Origin: a virus
Length of the DNA stretch: 64,000 nt
Strand: one strand, 5' to 3'
Virus record (IMG/VR): IMGVR_UViG_3300043409_001462
Span: 64,001-128,000 of that record
Part shown: in pieces, positions 31,950 through 41,798 of the stretch
Layout: each line of letters opens with the position of its first letter
Numbering within the stretch: the first letter of the stretch is position 1
Notes under the pieces: generated by a model
What the model was told of the DNA's origin: nothing
Database searches by the model: none
The model's input: the letters and a program-made list of their open reading frames with translations, nothing else
Made by a program: the position numbers and the translations under genes

Positions 31950-32487
31950 CCCTACTCAAGCTGCTGAATGGATGGTAGACAAGCACGTTGTAAAAATGAT
32001 CCTAGAGAGCGCACAGTTGCTTTCTACGGCTCATCGTGTACTAGATGGAGTAGAAAAAGTTAGTCAACGTCTTGTTCCTAATACACTAGAAAATCCTAAG
32101 TATCGTAAACATAAAACTTGGCAATTACCTGATGCACGTGATTACGTAATGTATCAGGCTACGCATATCAATCATCCCTCTGCTGTTTGGTGCCGTACTT
32201 CTGTAGAAAATTATGATTGGCTCGTAGATCATATGTATGCTCTAATGCGCGAGTATACTTATCGTTATGGTAAAACGCACAAGTGTCAGGGCGAGCTTTC
32301 GTATCAACTTCAATCTCCTCCTAAAAATCTTAAGGATTGGGATTGGACTCCGATGCCTTCTTGTATGGCGGAAGAGTATATTATTTCAGATAATCCCTTG
32401 ACAAATTATCGAAACTATTATAGAATAGGAAAGTTAAATCTTCATAAGTGGACTAAACGTGAACCTCCGAGGTGGATCAATGAGTAG
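31924..32487 (+). CDS. Pyrimidine dimer DNA glycosylase/endonuclease V-like protein
   Basis: MNIFYLD start after GGAG; DKHVVKMILESAQLLSTAH, THINHPSAVW motifs. Confidence 0.7.
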   Translation: MNIFYLDHNPTQAAEWMVDKHVVKMILESAQLLSTAHRVLDGVEKVSQRLVPNTLENPKYRKHKTWQLPDARDYVMYQATHINHPSAVWCRTSVENYDWLVDHMYALMREYTYRYGKTHKCQGELSYQLQSPPKNLKDWDWTPMPSCMAEEYIISDNPLTNYRNYYRIGKLNLHKWTKREPPRWINE

Positions 32488-32701
32488 GTATGATATGGGT
32501 AGATTTGAATGGGACTGGTTCATTGGATGGACCTGCGGAACAGTGGTAATTTTAGGTATTTTAACCGCAATTTATCATGGAACTGCTGATAGTAATCAAA
32601 GGTATTATGCATCGATGGATAAGTGTATCGCCGCTGGTGGTTCATTTATTCCTACAGGCGGTCAGAGTGGTGCAATTTGTTTGATGGGGATGAAGCAATG
32701 A
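32480..32701 (+). CDS. Small membrane protein
   Basis: Single hydrophobic helix; start chosen at MSRYD after GAGG. Confidence 0.5.
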   Translation: MSRYDMGRFEWDWFIGWTCGTVVILGILTAIYHGTADSNQRYYASMDKCIAAGGSFIPTGGQSGAICLMGMKQ

Positions 32702-33111
32702 GTTTTTATACAGACGTAAGAGATTTTCATCAGGCTTTCGGGCAGCGTATTGGCGAGAAGCCAGAGCTTCCTGATATTGAAGAACGTAAGCTCCGTATTA
32801 AACTCCTTGATGAAGAAGTATTCGAATATACGGATGCGGAATATGCAGACGACCTTGTTGAAATTGCTGATGCCCTTGCTGACATTATCTATATTGCTTG
32901 TGGCACTGCCGTTTCTTACGGTATTCCTTTGGACGATGTTTTTGATGAGGTCCATCGAAGCAATATGGCAAAGCTGGTCGATGGTAAGGTTATACGTCGC
33001 GCTGATGGTAAGATCCAAAAGCCTGAGGGATGGCAACCACCAGATATTAAAAGCATTTTAGATAAAGCACACACAAAATATATTTGTAAAATTGCTTCTA
33101 TTACGCTATAA
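32698..33111 (+). CDS. MazG-like/PRA-PH nucleoside triphosphate pyrophosphohydrolase
   Basis: EEVFE, DALADIIY, EVHRSNMAK, DGKIQKP motifs. Confidence 0.85.
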   Translation: MSFYTDVRDFHQAFGQRIGEKPELPDIEERKLRIKLLDEEVFEYTDAEYADDLVEIADALADIIYIACGTAVSYGIPLDDVFDEVHRSNMAKLVDGKVIRRADGKIQKPEGWQPPDIKSILDKAHTKYICKIASITL

Positions 33112-33149
33112 TAGTTGGATATATAATATGTGTTTTGAGGAGAACAATT

Positions 33150-34466
33150 ATGGTTGAAACTCTTATAATTAAAAATGCAAATCTTCCTAAGAAAGCTAAT
33201 AAAGAGCTTATTCTAGGTACATTTATTACAAAAGATTCGTACGATCGTGTTATCGAATCCGACTGCGATCTTTATGCCTGGAATCAAACAGGAATTAATA
33301 ACGAAGAAAATTTAATTTTTAAGTTTCGTAAAAATATTTTTACGAAAGAAGAATGTGATGCTGCATATGCTGGTTTGAGAGAAGCTGCTACAGAATCTCA
33401 AAATCGTGGTATGGCTGCTGGTCCTCGTGGCGACCAACTCGGTCAGGAAGGTCGTGGTAATCGCGACTGGGTTACTGCTGAGCAAGAAGATATTATTTCA
33501 TTTTTGAAACGTCCTCTCAATAGTATTGAAGATGGTACCAGCATCGAGTCTATTATTAATATGCGTGTCTCTTCTAATAAAGAAGAGACACGTGGGCGTG
33601 TGTGGCTTCGTTCAGAAGTTACTAAATTATACCCAGAGTATCATGGTTGGTTCGATCAGTGGCTTAATCGTATTAAGGATCTTTCGCGCGAAGAACAGCT
33701 TAAAGAAGCTTATAAGATTGATGATTTTATTTCTGAAACTAACTACGCTCAATCCGTAAAATCTGGTATTGCTGGATATTTTGACAGCTACCCACGTATA
33801 CCTTATGGGCGTGCTACATCATACACTGAAAAGAATCCTGAAAAGTTTGCACTTTGTTACCCTTATCTCCATAAGCTTAACGACCAGTTTCGCGAACTGA
33901 TTCCTAATAGATGGAAGGCGCAAAATGCAGAAGCAAACAAGCTTGACACAAGATTCCGTATTGATGGCACTGTCTTCACTACTCTTACTGTTAACCACAA
34001 CTGGCGTACTGCCTGCCACCGTGATGCTGGTGATCTCACTAGCGGTTTCAGCAATATTTGTGGCGTCACTGGCCCAGAAGGTAAGGGATGGCGTGGCGGT
34101 CAGTTTATTCTCCCTGAGTACAGGATTGCTATTAATCTCCAGCCTGGTGATATGTTGCTCGTCAATAATCATGAAGGAATCCACGGAAACGACGAGCTCA
34201 TTGGCGATGACAATGATCGTATGACTATCGTTGCATACTTCCGTGAGAAGATGACAGAACTTCAATCATGGGATTACGAAAAGCTTCGCAAGCAGTATAT
34301 TGATGAGCGTAGATTAAATAAGGATCATAAGTTCCAACGTCCTCTTTGGAATGGCGTTTCCCCTGCTATGTGGGTAGACCAAGAATGGTATGATTATATG
34401 AAAAAACATAATATGGCCGACCCTTATAAGAAGGAAGAGCAATCAACGTTGGATAGTTTCTTTTGA
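33150..34466 (+). CDS. TET/JBP-family 2OG-Fe(II) dioxygenase (DNA base oxidation)
   Basis: FTTLTVN...TACHRDAGD (HxD), HGN, distal R; DNA-modification neighbourhood. Confidence 0.8.
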   Translation: MVETLIIKNANLPKKANKELILGTFITKDSYDRVIESDCDLYAWNQTGINNEENLIFKFRKNIFTKEECDAAYAGLREAATESQNRGMAAGPRGDQLGQEGRGNRDWVTAEQEDIISFLKRPLNSIEDGTSIESIINMRVSSNKEETRGRVWLRSEVTKLYPEYHGWFDQWLNRIKDLSREEQLKEAYKIDDFISETNYAQSVKSGIAGYFDSYPRIPYGRATSYTEKNPEKFALCYPYLHKLNDQFRELIPNRWKAQNAEANKLDTRFRIDGTVFTTLTVNHNWRTACHRDAGDLTSGFSNICGVTGPEGKGWRGGQFILPEYRIAINLQPGDMLLVNNHEGIHGNDELIGDDNDRMTIVAYFREKMTELQSWDYEKLRKQYIDERRLNKDHKFQRPLWNGVSPAMWVDQEWYDYMKKHNMADPYKKEEQSTLDSFF

Positions 34467-35242
34467 AAATCGCTAAAATTTGTAATGAGTGGGAGCTTCC
34501 GTTCAACTTCGACCTAAAGAGCGAGGAGAACGTAAGCCTCCACAATCGTTCATATCTTCATTATGCCGCCGAACACCCAGAACTTGTTTCTTCAAAGTGC
34601 TGGGCCACTAAATGGCTCCTTGAAGATATTATTGACATGTCTCAAACCTATACTGCTATCGAGTACATGGCAGGTATTGGTGTTCAAAGTCTTTTGATTC
34701 AAAAGCTCTTTAATCTAGAATTTCATGTTATGGGAGAGCTAGACGAAGGATGCGTCGAACATCTTTCTAGCATTGACTGGGACCATAAGGCGATTGTAAA
34801 ATGTCAAGATGCACAAAAGTCTTTGATGGAAGATAATAATTTTGATTTGAAGTTTCTTGATCTTCCTAACTCTAGTATCCTTCAGGTTACAACAAAGTGG
34901 AAAGATGGATTCAACAAATTGTTTGAATCTAACCCAAAGCTTGTTGTTTGGACAGATACATCTATCACGTATCCTATTTCTATTCATGGCGAGAAGTATG
35001 GTAATATCTTAGGTGCTAAACTCGATACAAAATTCGACTACATTAATTCATATTCAGCTTGGCTTTTTAGAAATTTCGGTTATACTATAAAGAGAGCTGC
35101 AATCAGAGGGACTAACGCTGTGTATTTTGCAGCAGTTCCTGGATTAGTGTCTACTACTATTTCTAGTTTCCCAATCGCTGAAAACGAAGGTGGGTTTTAT
35201 TTTATCGGAGAGGAAAAAAGCACTCTTGACAGTTTCTTCTAA
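34463..35242 (+). CDS. Putative SAM-dependent methyltransferase-like protein
   Basis: IEYMAGIG motif-I-like and FLDLPN motif-IV-like segments; TTG start overlapping upstream stop. Confidence 0.45.
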   Translation: MKIAKICNEWELPFNFDLKSEENVSLHNRSYLHYAAEHPELVSSKCWATKWLLEDIIDMSQTYTAIEYMAGIGVQSLLIQKLFNLEFHVMGELDEGCVEHLSSIDWDHKAIVKCQDAQKSLMEDNNFDLKFLDLPNSSILQVTTKWKDGFNKLFESNPKLVVWTDTSITYPISIHGEKYGNILGAKLDTKFDYINSYSAWLFRNFGYTIKRAAIRGTNAVYFAAVPGLVSTTISSFPIAENEGGFYFIGEEKSTLDSFF

Positions 35243-36386
35243 TCAAATTATCGGTCGCTGGTCAGAACTTAACAATCAACCAGAAATTTCAGATCTTAAA
35301 GCAGGTATGGATTTTCGAGAACCTCGTTATCGTCGAGAAGTATTTTTACGATTTTATGAATATCATTTGAAATATAAATCGCATCCTGGCGCTGTTTATT
35401 TTGCTATGCCATGGCTTGCTAAAAAATTAAATATGGACATGGAAACAAAGCTATGGTTTGCTTTTATCAATGGATGCTCTCAAAACATAGTTACAACTTA
35501 TATTATCTTTCAAAAATACCCTAATCTTAAAGAAGTTAAACTAGAACAGCTTTCTGAATGGTGGGGAGATAACCAGCATAAGTTCAAAGCTGGTTCTGGT
35601 TGGGATACAGATCGTAAATATTTCAAGTATGGGAAAACAGGATTCCCAAACTGTGTAAAGTCGTATAAAGAAAACGTTGATAAATTTGGATCACAGGTTG
35701 ACTTGTTCAACAGTTTAAGCTATACTAATGATAAGTCAAAAAACTTCCAAAATACCTGGGATTATGTTCGTAAGAACTTTATGACCTTTGGTCGTCTTTC
35801 TGCGTTTTCCTATCTTGAGTATTTACGTATTCAGGGTGTAAACTTAGATTGTGATAATCTTTTTCTAGAAGATATTGATGGTTCTCGTTCTCACCGTAAT
35901 GGTCTATGTAAAGTACTAGGTCGTGACGATCTTGACTGGTGGAAGCAGGATCTTAAGTATGATGCCGAAACTATCGAATGGTTGAAGGTAGAAGGCGAAA
36001 TGCTTCTTAATGAAGCAAAAGCTCGTTTTGGACATCTATATAAAGACGTTTCGTATTTTACATTAGAGTCAACTTTCTGTTGTTATAAATCTTGGCATAG
36101 ACCCAAGCGTCGTTATCCTAATGTATACATGGATATGTTCCATGATCGTATTAAGTATGCAGAGTCAGAGTGGGATATGAGTTTAGATTTGTTTTGGCAA
36201 ATGAGAAAAGAATGTTTGCCTGAACACCTGCGTTTAGAAGATAATCCTAAAGACCCAGGATTAGTTCCTGAAAAGCAAAATCATTATCTTACTACAGGAC
36301 AGGTGATAATGATGGATAAAGAGTGGGAATGTTTTGAAAACGATTTCTATGGTCCAAAAGGCATTGAACATTTTTATACGGAGTGA
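35190..36386 (+). CDS. Amino acid:DNA transferase / aGPT-pyrophosphorylase-like protein (start possibly 35226)
   Basis: FGRLSAFSYLEYL HhH-like motif and TLESTFCCYK; adjacent P-loop kinase. Confidence 0.7.
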   Translation: MGFILSERKKALLTVSSNQIIGRWSELNNQPEISDLKAGMDFREPRYRREVFLRFYEYHLKYKSHPGAVYFAMPWLAKKLNMDMETKLWFAFINGCSQNIVTTYIIFQKYPNLKEVKLEQLSEWWGDNQHKFKAGSGWDTDRKYFKYGKTGFPNCVKSYKENVDKFGSQVDLFNSLSYTNDKSKNFQNTWDYVRKNFMTFGRLSAFSYLEYLRIQGVNLDCDNLFLEDIDGSRSHRNGLCKVLGRDDLDWWKQDLKYDAETIEWLKVEGEMLLNEAKARFGHLYKDVSYFTLESTFCCYKSWHRPKRRYPNVYMDMFHDRIKYAESEWDMSLDLFWQMRKECLPEHLRLEDNPKDPGLVPEKQNHYLTTGQVIMMDKEWECFENDFYGPKGIEHFYTE

Positions 36387-36928
36387 CTATGAAAGTTATA
36401 GCAATCGGTGGTAATCCAGGCAGTGGTAAGTCGACGCTGATGAAGCGTGTGATTGAGTATTACACTCCTGTAAAAAAGTATGATGAGTTTAAGTTGGTTC
36501 CTTACCTACAGAATAACAAAATTTACATTCTTGGTAAGTATGATGAAGGTGAAGTATTTTCTGGCACTGACCGTATGAGTATGGCAGTTCAGCCAGAGGC
36601 TATTAAATTTTTAGCTAGTCTTCCTGCTGATTCTATAGTATTATATGAAGGTGATAGATTGTTCACTGCTTCATTCCTAGAAGATTGTGCAGAGAAGTAT
36701 GAATTGAAGATTATTCATTTATCTACTTCTGTGGAAGTTCGTGAAGATCGTTACAAGGAACGTGGGAGCAACCAAAACGTTACATGGCTTCAGGGTCGTG
36801 AAAGTAAGATCAATAACATTTTGACGAATATGTCTCTATTATTTTTCGTAGACTCATTTCAAAACGACGACTGGTTTGAACAAGAAATTATATTTCAATC
36901 TATAATTAATGAGGTGAACAATGGATGA
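36383..36928 (+). CDS. P-loop kinase (5-hmU DNA kinase-like)
   Basis: GGNPGSGKST, GTDRMSM, EGDRL motifs; next to transferase. Confidence 0.75.
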   Translation: MTMKVIAIGGNPGSGKSTLMKRVIEYYTPVKKYDEFKLVPYLQNNKIYILGKYDEGEVFSGTDRMSMAVQPEAIKFLASLPADSIVLYEGDRLFTASFLEDCAEKYELKIIHLSTSVEVREDRYKERGSNQNVTWLQGRESKINNILTNMSLLFFVDSFQNDDWFEQEIIFQSIINEVNNG

Positions 36929-37283
36929 TATTAAAGTTGTATATGGCCCAGCTGACAAATATGATACTAGCGTAACTGCTTCTTATGGAGAAACTGACTT
37001 GACTGGAAAAAATTTCTACAAATATGCTGAAAACAAAATTCTTGCAGATCTTTGTGACTATATAGATAAGACGTACGATCAACACTACATGTCTGAAAAT
37101 GATGTACAGTGTTTTGATGCGTGGATTGCTCTTGGAGATGCGACTCCTACCTTCCGTAATACAGCCTTGAAGTATCTTTGGCGTTATGGTAAGAAGAGCG
37201 GTAACAACAAAGATGACTTGATGAAGACCTTACATTACACACTGTTGTGTTTGTATAACGATCACTATAAGGATGTTAAATAA
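36921..37283 (+). CDS. DUF3310-like nucleotide-modification-associated protein
   Basis: TYDQHY, ALKYLWRYGKK..DLMK motifs. Confidence 0.65.
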   Translation: MDDIKVVYGPADKYDTSVTASYGETDLTGKNFYKYAENKILADLCDYIDKTYDQHYMSENDVQCFDAWIALGDATPTFRNTALKYLWRYGKKSGNNKDDLMKTLHYTLLCLYNDHYKDVK

Positions 37284-38137
37284 TGGAAATTAATGTACCA
37301 ATCGAAATGCTTCGTGAGCGGAAGCTTTTCGTCGCGACTCCAATGTATGGCGGTATGTGCGCTGGAATGTTTGCTAAGTCTACTGCCGACTTGTCTGCTA
37401 TTTGTACGCAGTATGGTATTCCCCTACAGTACTACTATCTCTTCAACGAGTCATTGATCACTCGTGCACGCAACTACTGTGTTGATGAGTTTATGCGTTC
37501 GGATGCTGAACATCTTATGTTTATTGATGCTGATATTGGTTTCAATCCTCAGGATGTTATTGCTCTTATGGCTTTGCAGGCACAGGAGCCAGATAAGTAT
37601 GATATCATTGGTGGACCTTATCCTAAGAAGTGCATCAGCTGGGAAAAGATTAAGCTTGCAGTTGATAAGGGTATGGCTGACGAAGATCCAAACGTACTAG
37701 AAAAGTTCGTTGGTGATTATGTTTTCAATCCTAAGAATAACACTGGATCTATTCCTCTTGGAGAGCCAGTAGAAGTTCTAGAGATTGGTACTGGTTTTAT
37801 GATGATCAGTAAGCAAGCTTTGACTAAGTTTAGAGATAGCTATCCTCAACTTAGCTATAAGCCTGATCACGTTCGTACTGAAGCTTTTGATGGGTCACGT
37901 GAAATCCTCCAGTATTTCCAGGCTGAGATTGATCCTGTTTCTAGACGTTACCTTTCAGAAGACTATTGGTTTTGTCAGAAGGTTCAGGCTATTGGTCTCA
38001 AGACTTGGTTCTGTCCTTGGATGAAGATGCAGCACGTTGGCTCTTACATCTTTGGTGGTTCGTTGTCAGATCTTGCGTCTATTGGGGCGGCAGCAACTGC
38101 TGATCCTAGTGCTCTTGGTGGTAAGAAGAAGAAGTGA
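37283..38137 (+). CDS. Glycosyltransferase-like protein (GT-A)
   Basis: ATPMYGG, SLITRARN, FIDADIGF (DxD), LSEDYWFC motifs. Confidence 0.7.
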   Translation: MEINVPIEMLRERKLFVATPMYGGMCAGMFAKSTADLSAICTQYGIPLQYYYLFNESLITRARNYCVDEFMRSDAEHLMFIDADIGFNPQDVIALMALQAQEPDKYDIIGGPYPKKCISWEKIKLAVDKGMADEDPNVLEKFVGDYVFNPKNNTGSIPLGEPVEVLEIGTGFMMISKQALTKFRDSYPQLSYKPDHVRTEAFDGSREILQYFQAEIDPVSRRYLSEDYWFCQKVQAIGLKTWFCPWMKMQHVGSYIFGGSLSDLASIGAAATADPSALGGKKKK

Positions 38138-38151
38138 AAAAGGAATATATC

Positions 38152-38814
38152 ATGAATCTTAATGTGAAGACTATCGAAATCCTCAAGAATTTTTACTCTA
38201 TCAATCCTTCGCTCGTCGTGAAGGAAGGTAACGTATTGACTACCATTTCAACTGGTAAGACAATCGTCGCCAAGGCGACTGTACCAGATACATTTAGTAA
38301 GCGTTTTGCTATGTATAATCTTGGTCGGTTTATTAATTCTGTTACCTCTTATGAGAAGGCGGAAATTACATTTAATGACACTAACGTTGTTATTAAGGAA
38401 ACTGATAAGAATGAGAGCACTCGTTTGGCTTATGCTGATGAGTCAGGTATCAAGGTTCCTCCTGAGAAGGCTATTAATCTTCCTACAATCGATGCTACCT
38501 GTAAGATTACTACTGTAGCTCTTCGCACTGTACAAAAGCAGCTTGGTATTCTTGATGTACCTGAAATTGCTGTTACTGGCGATGGAACAAATATCTATCT
38601 TCAAGCTGTTGATTCTAAGAACGTAAATAGTGATACATTTTCTATTGTTATTGGATCAACTGATCGCACATTCCGTGCTTTGTTCAAGGTTGAAAACATC
38701 AAGGTGATTCCTGGAGACTACGAAGTTGATATTTGTTCGAAGGGCATCTCCCACTTTAAGGGAGAAGGTATCGAATACTGGATTGCAGTCGAGGCAAATT
38801 CAACCTACAGTTAA
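38152..38814 (+). CDS. gp45: Sliding clamp gp45
   Basis: ILKNF.SINPS N-terminus; ENIKVIPGDY.V and YWIAVE C-terminus. Confidence 0.93.
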   Translation: MNLNVKTIEILKNFYSINPSLVVKEGNVLTTISTGKTIVAKATVPDTFSKRFAMYNLGRFINSVTSYEKAEITFNDTNVVIKETDKNESTRLAYADESGIKVPPEKAINLPTIDATCKITTVALRTVQKQLGILDVPEIAVTGDGTNIYLQAVDSKNVNSDTFSIVIGSTDRTFRALFKVENIKVIPGDYEVDICSKGISHFKGEGIEYWIAVEANSTYS

Positions 38815-38817
38815 GGG

Positions 38818-38856
38818 TTGACTTTTTCTACGGGAGGAGCTATTATAGTTCCTCCC
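38818..38856 (+). promoter_or_regulatory. Sigma70 promoter overlapped by a hairpin
   Basis: TTGACT-17-TATTAT; GGGAGGAGCTA-TTA-TAGTTCCTCCC stem contains the -10. Confidence 0.6.
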
Positions 38857-38866
38857 ACTTTATATT

Positions 38867-39427
38867 ATGAGGTATGTGATGCATATCGATGCAAAAAAGA
38901 AATTACTGATAACAGAAATTGTTAAGATAGGATTAAATATTCCTTTCCAATCAGTCAAAGCGAAAATTATTTATTTTAATGAAAATGGTTCTTTAGAACC
39001 AAGATTAAGTATGTCATTTTCACCGAATATTCCAATTAATTCAACAGGAATATACACAATATACGCATCAAAAGATGGAATTGATGAGTGTCTTTATGTT
39101 GGTGAATCTGCTTACTGTGTCAGTCAAAGAATCAGAAGGTTTTTCAAAGAGCTTACTGGTTGTAGTAATCCAAATGAAACTCATCCAGCTGCAACTAAAG
39201 CTAAAGAGAATCGATATTCTCTAGAATCACATACTTTTAAAGTAAAGTGGATTCCATGGCCTTCAATAATTGAAGCCGCTCTAAAATTCGATGTTAAATT
39301 TGACGATTATTTTATGAATAATTTAGATAGCGAAATATCTTATTTAGTTAAATCGAAGTATAATTGCACAACATATATGATGTACGGTTATAGTGCTGCA
39401 ACTCTAAAAGACTTTTTGGGAGTTTAA
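38867..39427 (+). CDS. GIY-YIG family endonuclease
   Basis: GIYTIY...LYVGES...R.R motif; AT-rich insertion between gp45 and gp44. Confidence 0.65.
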   Translation: MRYVMHIDAKKKLLITEIVKIGLNIPFQSVKAKIIYFNENGSLEPRLSMSFSPNIPINSTGIYTIYASKDGIDECLYVGESAYCVSQRIRRFFKELTGCSNPNETHPAATKAKENRYSLESHTFKVKWIPWPSIIEAALKFDVKFDDYFMNNLDSEISYLVKSKYNCTTYMMYGYSAATLKDFLGV

Positions 39428-39428
39428 T

Positions 39429-40367
39429 ATGCTTGAAGAATTTCTCTGGGTTGAGAAGTATCGTCCTAAAACTGTTGAGGAAACTATCCTACCTGCTGAT
39501 CTCAAGGCTGTATTCCAACAGTTCGTCGATCAGAAGAACATTCCTAATCTAATCTTATCTGGTTCTGCAGGCGTTGGTAAAACAACTATCGCTCGAGCTA
39601 TGCTCGAACAACTCGAATGCGACTACATCGTAATCAATGGGTCTATGAATGGTGGCATTGACACTCTCCGAAATGAAATCCTCTCTTTCGCTTCATCCGT
39701 CTCACTCCAGGGTGGACGTAAATATGTCATTCTTGACGAAGCAGATTACCTCAACGCAAACTCTACCCAACCCGCTCTCCGAAATTTTATGGAAGAGTTC
39801 TCTCGAAACTGTGGTTTCATTCTCACATGCAACTTTAAAAACAGAATCATTGAACCGCTACATTCTCGGTGCTCTGTCGTAGACTTCAAGATCAGCAAGA
39901 AGGATATGGCCAAGCTCGCTATGCAGTTTATGAAGCGAGTCAACATTATTCTTAATACAGAAAACATCAAGTATGAGTCTGCTGTTGTTGCAGAGGTAAT
40001 CCAAAAGCATTTCCCTGATTGGCGTCGTGTTCTTAATGAGCTGCAACGCTATGCAGCTACAGGTTCTATTGACACTGGTATTCTTGCTAATATGCAGGAT
40101 ATATCGATCAAAGAACTGGTCGATCTCCTTAAGGACAAAAACTTTACTGAGATTCGCAAGTGGGTTGCTAATAATCCTGACTATGATCAAAACGAAATTT
40201 ATCGCAAGCTTTATGAGCAAGCTTGTAATTTCCTAGAGGCTACAGCTGTAGCGCAACTTGTATTGATTATAGCTAGGTATCAGTATCAGGCTGCTTTTTC
40301 TGCCAATGCAGAAATCAATCTCGTTGCTTGTTTGACTGAGGTTATGAAGGATTGTGAATTTCAATGA
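39429..40367 (+). CDS. gp44: Clamp loader ATPase gp44
   Basis: WVEKYRP, GVGKTT, LDEAD, SRC motifs. Confidence 0.96.
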   Translation: MLEEFLWVEKYRPKTVEETILPADLKAVFQQFVDQKNIPNLILSGSAGVGKTTIARAMLEQLECDYIVINGSMNGGIDTLRNEILSFASSVSLQGGRKYVILDEADYLNANSTQPALRNFMEEFSRNCGFILTCNFKNRIIEPLHSRCSVVDFKISKKDMAKLAMQFMKRVNIILNTENIKYESAVVAEVIQKHFPDWRRVLNELQRYAATGSIDTGILANMQDISIKELVDLLKDKNFTEIRKWVANNPDYDQNEIYRKLYEQACNFLEATAVAQLVLIIARYQYQAAFSANAEINLVACLTEVMKDCEFQ

Positions 40368-40741
40368 GTCCATTCGACATTATCAATTCTATCACTTACA
40401 ACAAGAAGCGTTTGATTGACGATTCTAATGAGAAGATGTACAATGCGTATCAGGTAAATAAAGGTTTGTCTTATTTTAAAGACACAATCTTCATTGCTCA
40501 AGAAATGAACATGAATTATCATCTTGATAATTTGCTTCAGCATGACTATCTTTTCCATACCGTAAGGAAGCAGAAGAGATTTGCTAAGTGGGTTAAGAAA
40601 GACAAGGATGCTGATATTGAAGCTATCAAGATTTATTTCAATTATGGCTATCGTAAAGCGCAAGAAGCTTATTCGATCCTATCAAAAGATCAGCTTGAGT
40701 ACATAAAGGAAAAAGTCAAGGGTGGAGCTTGCAATCGATAA
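40364..40741 (+). CDS. gp62: Clamp loader small subunit gp62
   Basis: PFD.INSI, VNKGLSYFKDT, KRFAKW motifs; synteny. Confidence 0.9.
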   Translation: MSPFDIINSITYNKKRLIDDSNEKMYNAYQVNKGLSYFKDTIFIAQEMNMNYHLDNLLQHDYLFHTVRKQKRFAKWVKKDKDADIEAIKIYFNYGYRKAQEAYSILSKDQLEYIKEKVKGGACNR

Positions 40742-40806
40742 AAGCATAAATACCTCATAACATGTTCAAGTGACAAAAACAAAAACAAATAATTATGAGG
40801 TAAACG

Positions 40807-41205
40807 ATGGCTATATTAGATTCACTGATCGAGGTGAAAATTGCTGAGGAAGAAGATTTCCTAAAGATTAAGGAAACTCTTACACGTATCGGCGTTGCAT
40901 CTAGAAAAGATCACAAGCTTTATCAATCATGTCATATCCTGCACAAGCAGGGTAAATATTATATCGTACACTTTAAAGAGTTGTTTTCTCTTGATGGTAA
41001 ACCAACAAATTTCAGTGAAGAAGATATAGGTCGCAGAAACACAATTTGTCAGCTACTCGAAGACTGGAACTTGATCAAGGTAGTAGAAGCTGATAAAATC
41101 AAATTACCAAAATCTCCTATGAGCCAAATTAAGATCCTACCTCATAAGGAAAAGGATGAATGGGAATTGGTAGCAAAGTACAATATCGGTAGGAAAAAAA
41201 CCTAA
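40807..41205 (+). CDS. regA: Translational repressor RegA
   Basis: FLKIKETLTRIG, LYQSCHILHKQGKYYIVHFKELF motifs. Confidence 0.96.
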   Translation: MAILDSLIEVKIAEEEDFLKIKETLTRIGVASRKDHKLYQSCHILHKQGKYYIVHFKELFSLDGKPTNFSEEDIGRRNTICQLLEDWNLIKVVEADKIKLPKSPMSQIKILPHKEKDEWELVAKYNIGRKKT

Positions 41206-41221
41206 TATAATGTGAGGCGAA

Positions 41222-41569
41222 ATGTTTAGTATGTTCAAACCAAAACCAAAAACTACGGCTGACCAACAGCTGGAAGAAATTAAAAATATCCTGTTCCCAC
41301 CATTCAAGAAGCAAACAGAAAAAGATGTTACGTTTCTGATTGACTATTCGGCTGACTCGAATCTACAAGCAGCTGTCAATGATCTTGAAGAAGGTCATTG
41401 CGATGAGATTGTTATAGGTACAATAAACAAGGTTGTGGATAGAATGGTTGAAGTCAGAAAAATTCTCAAGGCGTATGGAGAATTTGATACCGACGCAAAA
41501 TACATTATCGTTGATGATATGCCTACCGATAAAGAGGATATTGAAGTTGGAAATGAAAGACGACATTGA
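41222..41569 (+). CDS. Hypothetical protein
   Basis: GAGG RBS; 115-aa ORF. Confidence 0.55.
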   Translation: MFSMFKPKPKTTADQQLEEIKNILFPPFKKQTEKDVTFLIDYSADSNLQAAVNDLEEGHCDEIVIGTINKVVDRMVEVRKILKAYGEFDTDAKYIIVDDMPTDKEDIEVGNERRH

Positions 41570-41735
41570 CTATTTGATCGAAGCTCTTGAAGAGATGATC
41601 GACGCCAGAGATGATATGTGGCAGGAAGAGAAATTCTGCAACTACAAACAGATGACTAAGATTGGGGTGGAACGCTACGAACCAGCTCGCGAAAAGCTTA
41701 GGTTCTTTCTAAAAGAAATTGTTAAGCTTAAGTAA
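41553..41735 (+). CDS. Hypothetical protein
   Basis: Start re-assigned to MKDDIDY; 60 aa. Confidence 0.5.
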   Translation: MKDDIDYLIEALEEMIDARDDMWQEEKFCNYKQMTKIGVERYEPAREKLRFFLKEIVKLK

Positions 41736-41743
41736 ATTAGGTG

Positions 41744-41772
41744 TTGACTTCTCCGTCTAGGTGGGGTACAAT
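41744..41772 (+). promoter_or_regulatory. Early sigma70-type promoter
   Basis: TTGACT-17-TACAAT. Confidence 0.7.
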
Positions 41773-41798
41773 AATAGAGTTGAAATAGGAGCTAAAAA

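Noticed and set aside
33084-33112. T4 MotA middle promoter (TTGCTTC)
   Set aside because: Spacing to TATAAT is too short; it fits an ordinary TTGTAA-17-TATAAT promoter instead
11674-41566. Numerous short minus-strand and off-frame ORFs inside core genes
   Set aside because: Fully nested in well-supported T4 core genes, with no independent signals
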